DNA of 64,000 bases, from NCBI GenBank assembly GCA_963976765.1, contig CAXBME010000034.1:1-64000 (forward strand). The letters are read 5' to 3'. The stretch comes from an uncultured Planctomycetaceae bacterium (GTDB lineage: Bacteria > Planctomycetota > Planctomycetia > Planctomycetales > Planctomycetaceae). Position 1 is the first letter of the stretch, and the number at the start of each line of letters is the position of its first letter. The notes below the pieces were generated by a model that saw only the letters and a program-made list of their open reading frames with translations, was not told the DNA's origin and searched no databases. This document shows positions 51,862-61,670 of the stretch, piece after piece. Position numbers and translations under genes: made by a program.

Positions 51862-53055
51862 CTATCGGCCACCTCGGTACTTTTTGAGGATCTCCGCAGC
51901 CGGGTTTGGAGCCTCAACTTTTGGTCCGTCATCAGTGTCAGACTTAACCACTTCACGGAGCCCGGTTTCAGACGGATCGGGCAGTGACGTCGGAGGTTCT
52001 TTAATTTTCGACTCGGTCTCTTCGACTTCGTCATCCTCGTCGTCGTCATCATACTCATCCATCACCGGCTGCCCGCCGGGATACTGCATCTGTTGACCGG
52101 GGTAAGGCATTCCTTGTTGAGGCATCCCATAGCCGGGCATCCCGTAACCTGGCATTCCAGGTTGAGGCATCCCGTAGCCGGGCATCCCATAGCCGGGCAT
52201 TCCAGGCTGAGGCATTCCGTAGCCTGGCATTCCAGGTTGAGGCATCCCGTACGGGTACCCCTGTTGTGGCATTCCGTAACCAGGCATTCCGTACGGATAC
52301 GGCTGCTGAGGCATTTGCTGGCCATAGCCAGGCATCTGCGGGGCAGCCGGTTGTTGAAAGGCCGGCTGCTGTTGAGCTGCGGCTGGAACTTCAGCCGGTT
52401 GAGGAGGCGCTTCCTGATCCATCGGGCTCGGCTGCTCGGTTGCGACCGGTGCTGGCTCAGATGCTGGTGGTTCAGCCGCTGAGGGCTCCGGGGATGACGG
52501 TGCTTCATCAGACGCCGTTTCAACCGGCGCAGCTTCCGAGTCTGTCGCGGCCGCTGGCTCATTCGAATCAGTGGCTGTTTCGGCTGACTGGTCCGCAGCG
52601 GCCTGCGCTTCCAGTTCTTTCCTGGAAATCACCGCTGTGTCGCTACCGATCATCATGGCTGTGTCAGAAAGAGGTTCTGCCGCTTCCAGATTGAACTCGT
52701 CCAGAGTGAACGACGTTCCGCCTTTTTCGGGCGCACCAGCCGTTACGGGAGCTCCGGTCTTGCTGAAGACGATCTCGAAATCCAGATTTCCGATCTGAAG
52801 AGCGTCGCCAGGATTCGCTTCGTGGACACCGATGATTCGCTTGCCGTTAATGCTGGTTCCGTTCGAGCTGCCGAGATCCCGCACGCGAACCGTGTAGTCG
52901 TCGATCGTGATCGCGCAGTGGTGCCGGCTTACGGACTCACTGGACGGCCTGAGATGACAGTCCTGTTCGCGACCGATCAGAAATTTCTTCGTGTTAAGCG
53001 GGATGAGCTTTCCATCCTGCTTTCCACCGACCACTTTGAGCACGGCGTGGAGCAT
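51862..53055 (-). CDS. FHA domain protein with disordered acidic/Pro linker and xxGMP repeats
   Basis: IGR, VSRHH, DLGSSNGT FHA motifs; PGMPGYGMP repeats. Confidence 0.92.
   Translation of the reverse strand: MLHAVLKVVGGKQDGKLIPLNTKKFLIGREQDCHLRPSSESVSRHHCAITIDDYTVRVRDLGSSNGTSINGKRIIGVHEANPGDALQIGNLDFEIVFSKTGAPVTAGAPEKGGTSFTLDEFNLEAAEPLSDTAMMIGSDTAVISRKELEAQAAADQSAETATDSNEPAAATDSEAAPVETASDEAPSSPEPSAAEPPASEPAPVATEQPSPMDQEAPPQPAEVPAAAQQQPAFQQPAAPQMPGYGQQMPQQPYPYGMPGYGMPQQGYPYGMPQPGMPGYGMPQPGMPGYGMPGYGMPQPGMPGYGMPGYGMPQQGMPYPGQQMQYPGGQPVMDEYDDDDEDDEVEETESKIKEPPTSLPDPSETGLREVVKSDTDDGPKVEAPNPAAEILKKYRGGR
52105..52300 (-). repeat. Coding 15-bp tandem repeat (12 xxGMP pentapeptides)
   Basis: Recurring ggcatccc/ggcattcc on the + strand at mostly 15-nt spacing. 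Confidence 0.85.
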
Positions 53056-53831
53056 AAGCGCGTGTCCTCGATGACGCTTTTTACAGTCAGGAATTTGACG
53101 CGAGCCAACAGTGGCGAACTCGAATCTGACTTCTGAGTGTATCGCGTCAGTAAATTACCGTCGGTAATTCAATTCAAATGGGAAATCAGCAAAAGGGTCT
53201 GGACTCGTCGCTGGTTGTGGAGGATTCCATTCCAGAAACCGAGGTGAACTGAAACTCAATCTAATGACGTAATCCGTTGACAATTCAGGTCAAATAGCAG
53301 CGGATTTACGTCTGCACAGGTTACGCTATCAGTGGCTCCAAAAGATGTCAACGACCAATGTTTTCGCAGAAAATAACGTTGTACAAATCCGCTCAGATTC
53401 AACTTTCAGATCGCGATTCAAACTCTCATCCGGTGGCGGGCCTGGCCAAAGGTCACGGAGCATCCCGGCTTGCAGGTTGAGCAGCAGCTCCGGCAGGAGC
53501 ACGTCGTTTTGAGGGCTTGTTTCGAGCAACGGAAGAGCCCGACCGGTTGCCCCGACGATCCGAATTTCGTGCCGTCCGTGACTTCGTAACAGGTTCCCGG
53601 GAGAAAGTACCCGAAGATCGAGCTGTTTCAATTCTTCCCTGCATCTTCCTGTCAGCTCTCAGACAACAGGTAAAAGTTCGGACAGCAAAATGCGGGACAG
53701 GAGAATAGGGGCGTCGCCAGCTGAAACAGACTCCGCTCCGCGACGATTCGGCATTGTCTTGCTGCCGGAAGTTGTCGGGTGGCGATATGATCCGTCGGTA
53801 CAGTAATGGACCACTCGGCGGGGACGATGAG

Positions 53832-55179
53832 ATGCAGGGCGAGAATCTTCTGGACGAGTTTGGCAGACCTCGTTCTCAGCGGGACCGGACCCGGTTTGAT
53901 TACGACGTTTTTCTGAGCCACAGCCACAAGGACGTGCAGATTGTGCATCCGCTGGCGAAGCGGTTGCGGGAGGATGGGCTGAAGGTCTGGCTGGACGAGT
54001 GGGAAATTGAACTGGGTGATTCGATTCCCGAGAAGATTGGCGACGGGCTGGAACGTTCGCGCGTGCTGTTGATGCTGCTGTCGGAGAATTTCGACGCCTC
54101 AGACTGGACGCGGTATGAAAGCGGGACGTTTCTCTTCAGCGATCCATTGAACAAGCAGCGCCGCTTACTTCGGCCTGAAACGTCCTTCCGACCCGGACTC
54201 GCCGCCGCTGTTCACCACGTACGAATTCTCCGGATTTCTGGACGATGTCTACGCCACGCTGGTCGTCCGCCTGTACTACGCGCCGGGCTTTGAAATTAAA
54301 CACCTGTGGCAGGACTATGCCGAATTCCACAGCGAAATCGGATCGCGGCTGTGCATTCACCTGACCCGAGGTCGCGAAGGCCGCGGTTCGCTGAAACTGT
54401 ACTGCGACAAGCAAACGGCTGACGACACGCGAGTCCTCTTCAGTCGCTACGTGCATGAGCACGTCGCAGAAAAGGCATCTGCCATTGAACGTTCCAGGCA
54501 CTACGCCTGTTCGAAATGCGGCAAAGTTTTTCTGGACGACGACGAAGTCCGGGACGCCATTAAAGAAGACGGCGAAAACGCGTTTGTCTACTGCGCCGGT
54601 CGCAAATGTCGAGCAGAAATCAAACTGTGGGACATTATCGAGCAGAAACTGGCGTCGGAAGAGTTTCGCGAAAAAGTGCGCCTGCTGCGCGAAGCGTCGA
54701 AACAGGCCATCGACAACGAAAGCCGGGAACTGATTCTGGTCGGCCATGCGTTCTCGATCTCGGGCGAAGCCGGTCAGATATTCCGTCCGGTGGCAAATTC
54801 GGACCACGGCATCGACGGCGAAATCGAGTTCAAAGACTACGCCGGCAACGCCAGCGGAAAACGCGTCTATCTGCAGTTGAAAAATGGCGACTCGTACCTG
54901 AAGGATCGGCAGCGGGACCGCAAAGCCATCTTTCAGATAAAGAAGCAGCGCTGGGCCGATTACTGGATCGCTCATGAGTACCCGGTCATGCTGGTCATCC
55001 GAACGTCCAACGGCACGATCCGCTGGCTCAACGTCACGAAACATCTGCAACGTCTGAAGGATGCCGGGGACTGGCCGGTGACGCAGATTGAATTCGAAGG
55101 CGAAGACTTCACGCCGCTCAACCTGCTGAAACTGCGGCAGGAAGTGCTGGGCCCGCCGCCGGACGAGAGGAAAATGTAA
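53832..55179 (+). pseudogene. Deletion remnant: truncated TIR domain joined out of frame to a COR-like/Zn-ribbon/DUF4365 nuclease C-terminus
   Basis: YDVFLSHSHKD..GLKVWLDEW..SDWTRYE..DPLNKQRR in one frame. The +1 frame is open 54151-55179 without an early ATG/GTG start: YATLVVRL..CSKC..C..DHGIDGEIEF..LQLKNG. Confidence 0.75.
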
Positions 55180-55552
55180 GCCTTCCGCGCGAGCCGTGAT
55201 CGATGTCCGCTCAAGCGGTATCCATGATTGTCTACTGGCGATTCAAGACGTCTTCGACCAGGCAGAGAATGACGTTGAGAACTCCTGTTACAACACAAAA
55301 ACACGCTGGCGACGGTGGACCGCAAGGCAAACGCCAAACGCGTATAACGAACAACTGGATGCACTCGAAGGCATCGTTGATGCGTCTGAGCGAACTCATG
55401 ATTCAAGAGATTCAAAACGAAAACGTTGGAGGGCTGCGGCGCTTACAGGATCGTCCTGAGACCTCAAGGCCATCCGTGACCTGAATAATTTCTCGAAAGT
55501 CGATTTGCTCCAGCCGCTGTTCGAAATCGGGAAGTTATTGCGGACGCATTCC

Positions 55553-56356
55553 TTACCACGCGGTCCAGCCGCCATCGACGAGCAGGTTCTGGCCGGTGAT
55601 GTAGCTACCGGCGTCGCTGGTCAGGAGCAGGAGTGCACCTTTCAGTTCGTGAGGTTCGCCCATGCGGCCCATCGGAAGTTTGCTCTTCAGCCGCTCGACC
55701 ATTTCCGGCGGAGCCTTGTCTGACGGGAAGGGGCCGGGACTCAGGCAGTTGACTCGGACGCCATCCTTTGCCCAGTAGCAGGCCAGGTGCCGCGTCATGT
55801 GGATGATCCCGCCTTTCAGCGCGTGATACTGGACGGGGCTGGCGGTGCAGACACCTTCGTAGGCGTCGGGGTAAGAACCGACAACGCCGTACATGGATCC
55901 GATCATGACCACCGCTCCCGAAGCTTCGCGAGCAACGATGTGATCCCGAAACCGGCGAGCCAGCAGAAAATAACCCGTGGCATTTTTGAGGTCTTCACTA
56001 AAGGCTTTGCCGGTGACGTCGGTCAGGTCGAGCGGGTGTCCCTGCTGTCCGTTGTTGATCAGGATGTCGACCTGCCCGGCCACTTCGACTGCGGCATTGA
56101 AACCCGCGTCGAGCGATGCTTCGTCTAGCTGATCGAGCTGCACTCCGAAATGTGCTGCTTTGCCAGGTGAGTCTGATGAGGGGAGTTCCGCTGCAACCTG
56201 TTCCGCTCGATCTTTGACTCGGCTGGCGACGACGACGCGAGCACCGGCCTCCGCCAGTGCTCGCGAAAAGGACTTTCCGAGATAGCCCGAGCCGCCGGTA
56301 ATCAAAGCTACTTTACCGGTCAGGTCGAACAGGTTTTGAATGGTTGGCTCGGTCAT
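55553..56356 (-). CDS. SDR oxidoreductase
   Basis: TGGSGYLG, INNG, YHALK, NCLSPG, ITGQNLLVDGG; start ATG 56356. Confidence 0.92.
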   Translation of the reverse strand: MTEPTIQNLFDLTGKVALITGGSGYLGKSFSRALAEAGARVVVASRVKDRAEQVAAELPSSDSPGKAAHFGVQLDQLDEASLDAGFNAAVEVAGQVDILINNGQQGHPLDLTDVTGKAFSEDLKNATGYFLLARRFRDHIVAREASGAVVMIGSMYGVVGSYPDAYEGVCTASPVQYHALKGGIIHMTRHLACYWAKDGVRVNCLSPGPFPSDKAPPEMVERLKSKLPMGRMGEPHELKGALLLLTSDAGSYITGQNLLVDGGWTAW

Positions 56357-57339
56357 AAGTGTTTCCAGCTTTCGGTATCGACTGATTCCAGCGCGGCCAG
56401 GTTGACGCGAAGTGTCTGCAAACCGTCCTGCAGCGAGCACGCGGCTTCCGACTTCCCGTCAAGCTGCAACAGAAACGCCCTCGCCTGCGAAACGAACAGG
56501 TCGTCTCGTTCCAGAGAATATCGTTCTTCCATTTTCCACTCAGAATCCGGCTCGACGCATGACGACCAGCTTGCGTTGTGCCCTTCGAACCGAATGGCTC
56601 CACGTTCGCACAGAACCGTCAGCGTTGACTCGTTGGCTGGCTGGTGCTGGTTGAGGCTGAATGAGCCGAGCACAGAACCGTGTCGAGTAATGATGTGGAC
56701 GGTGTCTTCAACGTCGACACCTTCCAGTAAACAGTGCTCGGCATCGGCGACGAGTTTCGTCACAGGCCCGACGAGCCACTCGGCAGCGTTGACGGTGTGA
56801 GTCAGCGCGTCCTGAATTGCCCCGCCGCCGGTCTCGTGCCTTGTGTAGTAGGTCTCGCGGTAAGCTGGTCGGTAAAACGGAAAATGCTGGCCGCCCGAGT
56901 AAACAATCTGGACGGCTCGACCGAAACGTCCGGAATCGAGCGCCTGTTTCATCGCCTGAAGTGCCGGGTGCTGCCGCATTACGTACGCGATGGAAACCGG
57001 AAGACTCTTCGACTCGGCAATCTCGGACAGTTGATCAACCCCGTGCGGCGACGTGCTCAAAGGTTTCTCAATCAGCAAACCGATACCTCGTCTGGCAAGT
57101 TGCGTCGCCATCAGAATATGAAGATGAGCCGGCGTGCAGATCACGGCTCCCTCGAAATTCTCAACGAGCGCTGCGTCGAACGCTGAGAACACATTTTGAA
57201 GTTCGTAGTTTTCGGCGAGCCGCTGCCGTACGTCGGGACGAGTTTCGCAGAGAGAGACTTCGGCCTGACCGGTGTTGAGGAAGCAACGAACGTGTCGCTC
57301 GCCGATCGATCCTCCGCCGACTACAAGTATCTGTTTCAC
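56353..57339 (-). CDS. Gfo/Idh/MocA oxidoreductase
   Basis: GGGSIGERH, TP..H, EKPL, GGGAIQDALTH. Confidence 0.9.
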   Translation of the reverse strand: MKQILVVGGGSIGERHVRCFLNTGQAEVSLCETRPDVRQRLAENYELQNVFSAFDAALVENFEGAVICTPAHLHILMATQLARRGIGLLIEKPLSTSPHGVDQLSEIAESKSLPVSIAYVMRQHPALQAMKQALDSGRFGRAVQIVYSGGQHFPFYRPAYRETYYTRHETGGGAIQDALTHTVNAAEWLVGPVTKLVADAEHCLLEGVDVEDTVHIITRHGSVLGSFSLNQHQPANESTLTVLCERGAIRFEGHNASWSSCVEPDSEWKMEERYSLERDDLFVSQARAFLLQLDGKSEAACSLQDGLQTLRVNLAALESVDTESWKHL

Positions 57340-57486
57340 GTGGTCGCTCCCGGTGATCGTGCTGACGTAATTTTGCTGAGGTAAGTCTGCTGGCAGGTTT
57401 TCCGAACGGAATCCGCGATGTTGATTCTGAAAGACCGGGCCGCGAGAAAACAGGCTACAGATTCAGGCGTTTGAAAAGGCGGCATC

Positions 57487-58536
57487 ATGAACCCTGTCAG
57501 AATTGGCGTAATCGGCTCAGGATTTATGGGACGGACACACGTCGACGCGGCTTACAAGCTGGAATCGACGATCCCTTTGGCCGTTGCCTGCGGAAGTCGT
57601 GCCGAGAAACTTGCCAGCGACTACGGGATCGATCTGGAACCTGACGTTCACTCACTCGTGAATCGTGACGATATTGACGCGGTCGTGATATCGACGCCGC
57701 ACTGGCTGCATCACGAAGAAGCGATGGCAGCGGCAAAGGCTGGCAAACATGCTCTTGTTGAGAAGCCGATGGCAACGTCGCTCGAACATTGCGACGAGAT
57801 GATCGCGACGTTTGAAGAACGCGATCTCACGCTTTCAGTCGGTTATCACCAGCGGTTTCGCGAGTCAAACTACACGACTCGCGATCTGATTCAGGCTGGC
57901 AGGATCGGGAAGGTTCGCTGCATTCAGATGTCGGCTCTGTTCGACATCACGGCTTTGAGAAGCGATCCCGGATTCGGTGGAAACTGGGGCTGGTGGACGA
58001 ACCCGCTCGCGATGGCTCATCTGATGAACAGCGCTCCGCACAACATCGATTTGTGTCGCTGGTGGCTGGGGAGCGAACTCGTAAATGTTTCCGCTCAATG
58101 CGGGACGTATCGCGAAGAGAATCCCAACGAAAACACGACGATGGCGCTGCTGAAGTTCGACAGCGATGCCATGTCGACTTACTGGTCGTCGAGCGTGCTG
58201 CCCGCGCCGGGATTTCCGGCGGAAGAGTTTCGATTTCGGATCATGGGCGAAAGCGGAATCATCGATCTCAATCCGTACGGCCAGCTGAACATCAGTCGTA
58301 ACGGAAAGATGGAAACCGTCTTTGAGCAGCCCCGAGTCGGGCACGAAGAAGCAGGCTCCGCATTCGCGATGCCTCGCATGCAGGCTTACTGTGACCAGAT
58401 GCAGGCTTTCGTGAATTCGATCAATGGCGAACGCGGCGGGGAAGGTACCCCGGCAGACGGGCGCGCTGGAGTTGAAGCCGTGCTCGCGATGCTTCAATCT
58501 TCCGCCACACAACAGGCGACGATCCTTAAGGAATAA
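57487..58536 (+). CDS. Gfo/Idh/MocA oxidoreductase
   Basis: GSGFMG, STPHWLH, EKPM, HNID. Confidence 0.9.
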   Translation: MNPVRIGVIGSGFMGRTHVDAAYKLESTIPLAVACGSRAEKLASDYGIDLEPDVHSLVNRDDIDAVVISTPHWLHHEEAMAAAKAGKHALVEKPMATSLEHCDEMIATFEERDLTLSVGYHQRFRESNYTTRDLIQAGRIGKVRCIQMSALFDITALRSDPGFGGNWGWWTNPLAMAHLMNSAPHNIDLCRWWLGSELVNVSAQCGTYREENPNENTTMALLKFDSDAMSTYWSSSVLPAPGFPAEEFRFRIMGESGIIDLNPYGQLNISRNGKMETVFEQPRVGHEEAGSAFAMPRMQAYCDQMQAFVNSINGERGGEGTPADGRAGVEAVLAMLQSSATQQATILKE

Positions 58537-58541
58537 TTCTG

Positions 58542-59663
58542 ATGTCAGAGATGAAGATTTCCGCAGACGAACTGCGGTCATTCAGTGAGCAGATTTTCGA
58601 GGCAGCGGGAGTCAATTCAGAAGATGCCCGACTGGCAACCGATGTGCTGATCTGGGCGAGCCTGCGCGGTGTCGACACGCACGGAATTCGCAATCTGAAA
58701 CGCTACTACATCGACACCGCAGGTGGAGTCGGACGGCGCGACGGAGTCATCTGCTTCAACGCTGAGCTGACAACGGAATTTGAATCTCCAACGACCGCTG
58801 CACTGAATGCAAACTTTGGTCTCGGTTTGTCGGTCTCGGTTCGGGCCATGAATCTGGCCATCGAAAAAGCAAACGAAACCGGTGTCGGAATCGTGACCGT
58901 CCGAAACTCGACACACTTCGGACCGGCGGGCTACTTTGCTCACATGGCCGTGCCGCACGACATGCTCGGCTTTGCGTCGACCGGCTATCTGTTTGCGAAC
59001 GGGCAGCCGAAGTCGGTCGTCCCGTTTGGCGGTCTACTGCCGATGTTGTCGACCAACCCGCTGGCGATGGCCTGCCCCGGAGCAACCGGGCCGGACTTTG
59101 TGCTGGATATGTCGACCTCCGTCGTCCCGGTGAACCGGGTGGAAATGCTCGAAGAACTCGGCAAAGCAATTCCTGCTGGCTGGTCGCTGGATGAGAACCA
59201 TCAGACGACTGACAATCCGGACGCCGTTCGCAAAATGGAGCCGCTCGGCGGCGCGACGACATACGGAGGGCACAAGGGTTTCGGACTGGCAGTCGCCGGC
59301 TGGATTCTGACTGGTCTGCTCGCCGGAGCCTGGCGAAAGGATGCCAATCCCGATCGAGTTCTGGGGGATAACTCGGCAACGAAACACGGTTTTGCTCAGG
59401 AAGGTGTCGCCCACAACTTTGCCGCCGTGCGGCTCGACCGGTTTGGCGATCCGACCCTGATCAAACAGGGGCTGGACGCGATGACTCAGACGTTCAACGA
59501 ATCACCCGCTGCTCCGGGGTTCGATCGAGTCATCATTCCGGGGCAGCTTGAAGCTGAAACGGAAGTCGAACGTCGCCAGAATGGAATTCCGCTTTCGCCA
59601 TCGACGGCCGTCGATCTGTGTTGTCTGTCGGAAGAGTTCGGAATTCCGATCAGCATCGGTTGA
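58542..59663 (+). CDS. Ldh_2 family (malate/L-lactate/sulfolactate-type) dehydrogenase
   Basis: GVDTHG, NSTHFG, STNPL, LDMST, GHKGFGL, IPG. Confidence 0.9.
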   Translation: MSEMKISADELRSFSEQIFEAAGVNSEDARLATDVLIWASLRGVDTHGIRNLKRYYIDTAGGVGRRDGVICFNAELTTEFESPTTAALNANFGLGLSVSVRAMNLAIEKANETGVGIVTVRNSTHFGPAGYFAHMAVPHDMLGFASTGYLFANGQPKSVVPFGGLLPMLSTNPLAMACPGATGPDFVLDMSTSVVPVNRVEMLEELGKAIPAGWSLDENHQTTDNPDAVRKMEPLGGATTYGGHKGFGLAVAGWILTGLLAGAWRKDANPDRVLGDNSATKHGFAQEGVAHNFAAVRLDRFGDPTLIKQGLDAMTQTFNESPAAPGFDRVIIPGQLEAETEVERRQNGIPLSPSTAVDLCCLSEEFGIPISIG

Positions 59664-59694
59664 TGCCAGGCGATGCGTTTGCGAATTCGGAAAT

Positions 59695-60123
59695 TTACTC
59701 GACTTTCGCGGCGGCACAGGCGAAATCCAGACGAACGGTCACCTTCCCGTCGACGCTGACTTTCCCAGTAAGAAAGAAAGCGTTTGAAAGCGTTTCCGTC
59801 AGCTCGACTTCAATGTCGAGGGTGTCTCCGGGGCGGACCATCGAGCGGAATTTTGTGTTGTTGACTCGTGTGACGACGGGAACCTGGCCCTCGCCGACGT
59901 CCTGAGTCTTCGCGATCAGTATGGCTCCCGCCTGAAACGCGGCTTCAAGCTGCAATACGCCCGGCAGAATCGGAAAATGAGGGTAATGGCCGCGAAAGAC
60001 GTCGAGCTTGTCGTCGATTTTCCTGCGAGCATGGATTTTTGTATCGTCGATTTTGACAACCTCGTCGATCCAGAGAAAAGGATCGCGGTGAGGAATCAGG
60101 GCTTCGATGTCGGTTCTGTTCAT
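59695..60123 (-). CDS. fabZ: 3-hydroxyacyl-ACP dehydratase
   Basis: IPHRDPFL, FRGHYP..PILPGVLQLE, KFRSMVRPGD. Confidence 0.85.
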   Translation of the reverse strand: MNRTDIEALIPHRDPFLWIDEVVKIDDTKIHARRKIDDKLDVFRGHYPHFPILPGVLQLEAAFQAGAILIAKTQDVGEGQVPVVTRVNNTKFRSMVRPGDTLDIEVELTETLSNAFFLTGKVSVDGKVTVRLDFACAAAKVE

Positions 60124-60180
60124 ACTTCACGTCGGCTCGATACAGGCAGTTTGCGAGAGGAATTTGCGGGTTTTAAGAGG

Positions 60181-60204
60181 ACGGACTCGACCGGTCGAGT
60201 CCGT
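60181..60204. promoter_or_regulatory. Perfect 24-bp palindrome in the fabZ/cysD divergent intergenic region
   Basis: acggactcgacc|ggtcgagtccgt; function inferred only. Confidence 0.5.
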
Positions 60205-60661
60205 TGCGTTCTCATCCAGTCTGGGCCAGAAAAACGGACGCACCTCGGCCGGACACTGCCAGGCTGCCACTGAGCGAGGCCGAAAAGGCTGAAGCTGCCC
60301 GGCGACAGCTTTCAGGACGCAATGCCAGGCTCGAATTCTTCTTTCCCGTGGAGCATCGTCGATGTCCCGAGGCTGTCGTCTACTCGGTTCTGCTGATGAA
60401 TCGTGCGACTTCTGGCCGGAGAAATTTTTCACTCTCGAATTCGTTCGGACTGTCTGGCGAAACGGTGTCAGTAAAAGATCATCAAAGACTGGATTATGTG
60501 CCGAATCGCTCGAAATATGCCGACAGATTCTTCAAAGCAACAACCTTTTCATCGTCCCGAACTGGGTTGATTGCAGATTGAAACTCCCCTAAACACAACA
60601 CTTGCGTACGACTTATACTGACCACCAACTTACCCGACAGAATGCCCGCTCCAGGAAGAAC

Positions 60662-61573
60662 ATGAGCGATTACAACTTAACCCATCTGAAGCAACTTGAG
60701 GCCGAAAGCATTCACGTAATCCGTGAGGTCGTTGCGGAATTCAACAATCCTGTGATGCTGTACTCAATCGGTAAAGATTCAGCAGTCATGTTGCAGCTGG
60801 CCCTGAAAGCGTTTTACCCGGCCAAGCCCCCGTTCCCTTTACTTCATGTCGATACGACGTGGAAGTTCAAAGAGATGATCGCCTTTCGTGATCAATTCGT
60901 GCAGGAAGAACTGGGGCTGCAACTTCTCGTCCACATCAACGAAGAAGGCCTGAAGCTGAACATCCACCCGTTGGACGACAGTGAAAAGCACACTGAGATG
61001 ATGAAGACCGATTCGTTGAAAGCTGCTTTGGATAAGTACGGCTTTGATGCGGCATTCGGTGGAGCTCGCCGCGACGAAGAAAAAAGCCGCGCCAAGGAAC
61101 GTGTGTTTTCGTTTCGCGATAAAAAGCATCGCTGGGATCCCAAGAATCAACGCCCGGAGTTGTGGAACATCTACAATACGCGGGTCAACAAGGGCGAAAG
61201 CATCCGCGTCTTTCCGCTCAGTAACTGGACGGAGCTGGATGTCTGGCAGTACATCCATCTTGAAAACATCCCGATCGTACCGCTGTACAAATCTGCGATG
61301 CGCAAAGTTGTCGAACGCGACGGCGTGCTGATCATGCTGGACGATGACCGAGTGAAGCTTCTTCCAGGCGAAGTGCCGATGGAGAAGATGGTTCGCTTCC
61401 GAACACTCGGCTGCTACCCGTTAACCGGCGCGGTCGAATCAGAAGCAACCACGCTTCCGGAAATTATTCAGGAAATGCTGCTCACCAAAACCAGCGAACG
61501 TCAGGGCCGAGTCATTGATAAGGATGAAGGTGGCTCCGGCATGCAGAAGAAGAAAGAACGCGGATATTTCTAA
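60662..61573 (+). CDS. cysD: Sulfate adenylyltransferase subunit 2
   Basis: [38 protein letters not shown]. Confidence 0.97.
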   Translation: MSDYNLTHLKQLEAESIHVIREVVAEFNNPVMLYSIGKDSAVMLQLALKAFYPAKPPFPLLHVDTTWKFKEMIAFRDQFVQEELGLQLLVHINEEGLKLNIHPLDDSEKHTEMMKTDSLKAALDKYGFDAAFGGARRDEEKSRAKERVFSFRDKKHRWDPKNQRPELWNIYNTRVNKGESIRVFPLSNWTELDVWQYIHLENIPIVPLYKSAMRKVVERDGVLIMLDDDRVKLLPGEVPMEKMVRFRTLGCYPLTGAVESEATTLPEIIQEMLLTKTSERQGRVIDKDEGGSGMQKKKERGYF

Positions 61574-61670
61574 GCCGTCCTGCGCATTCCTGGTGACACC
61601 TCACATCGGTAACTGAGGCCGCAACCCGTCGTCGGTCCGTACCGCCACCCATTTAAAAACAGCAGAATCC

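Noticed and set aside
52105..52300. Short repeats as a CRISPR array
   Set aside because: 15-nt in-frame coding repeats with no spacers and no cas genes
53422..53470. ctcatc-cggtggcgggcctggcc resembles the 5' part of a SAM-I riboswitch or tRNA-Sec
   Set aside because: Lacks the AGAG after AUC, the GCAACC and the closing GAUGAG; no anticodon or T-arm in register
54150..54180. Programmed +1 frameshift joining TIR to the nuclease
   Set aside because: The TIR fold is truncated at the junction and there is no convincing slippery/stop signal; deletion is more parsimonious
55196..55484. Two short overlapping ORFs after the DUF4365 gene as a partner gene
   Set aside because: No recognisable motif or good RBS; may be gene debris but cannot be supported
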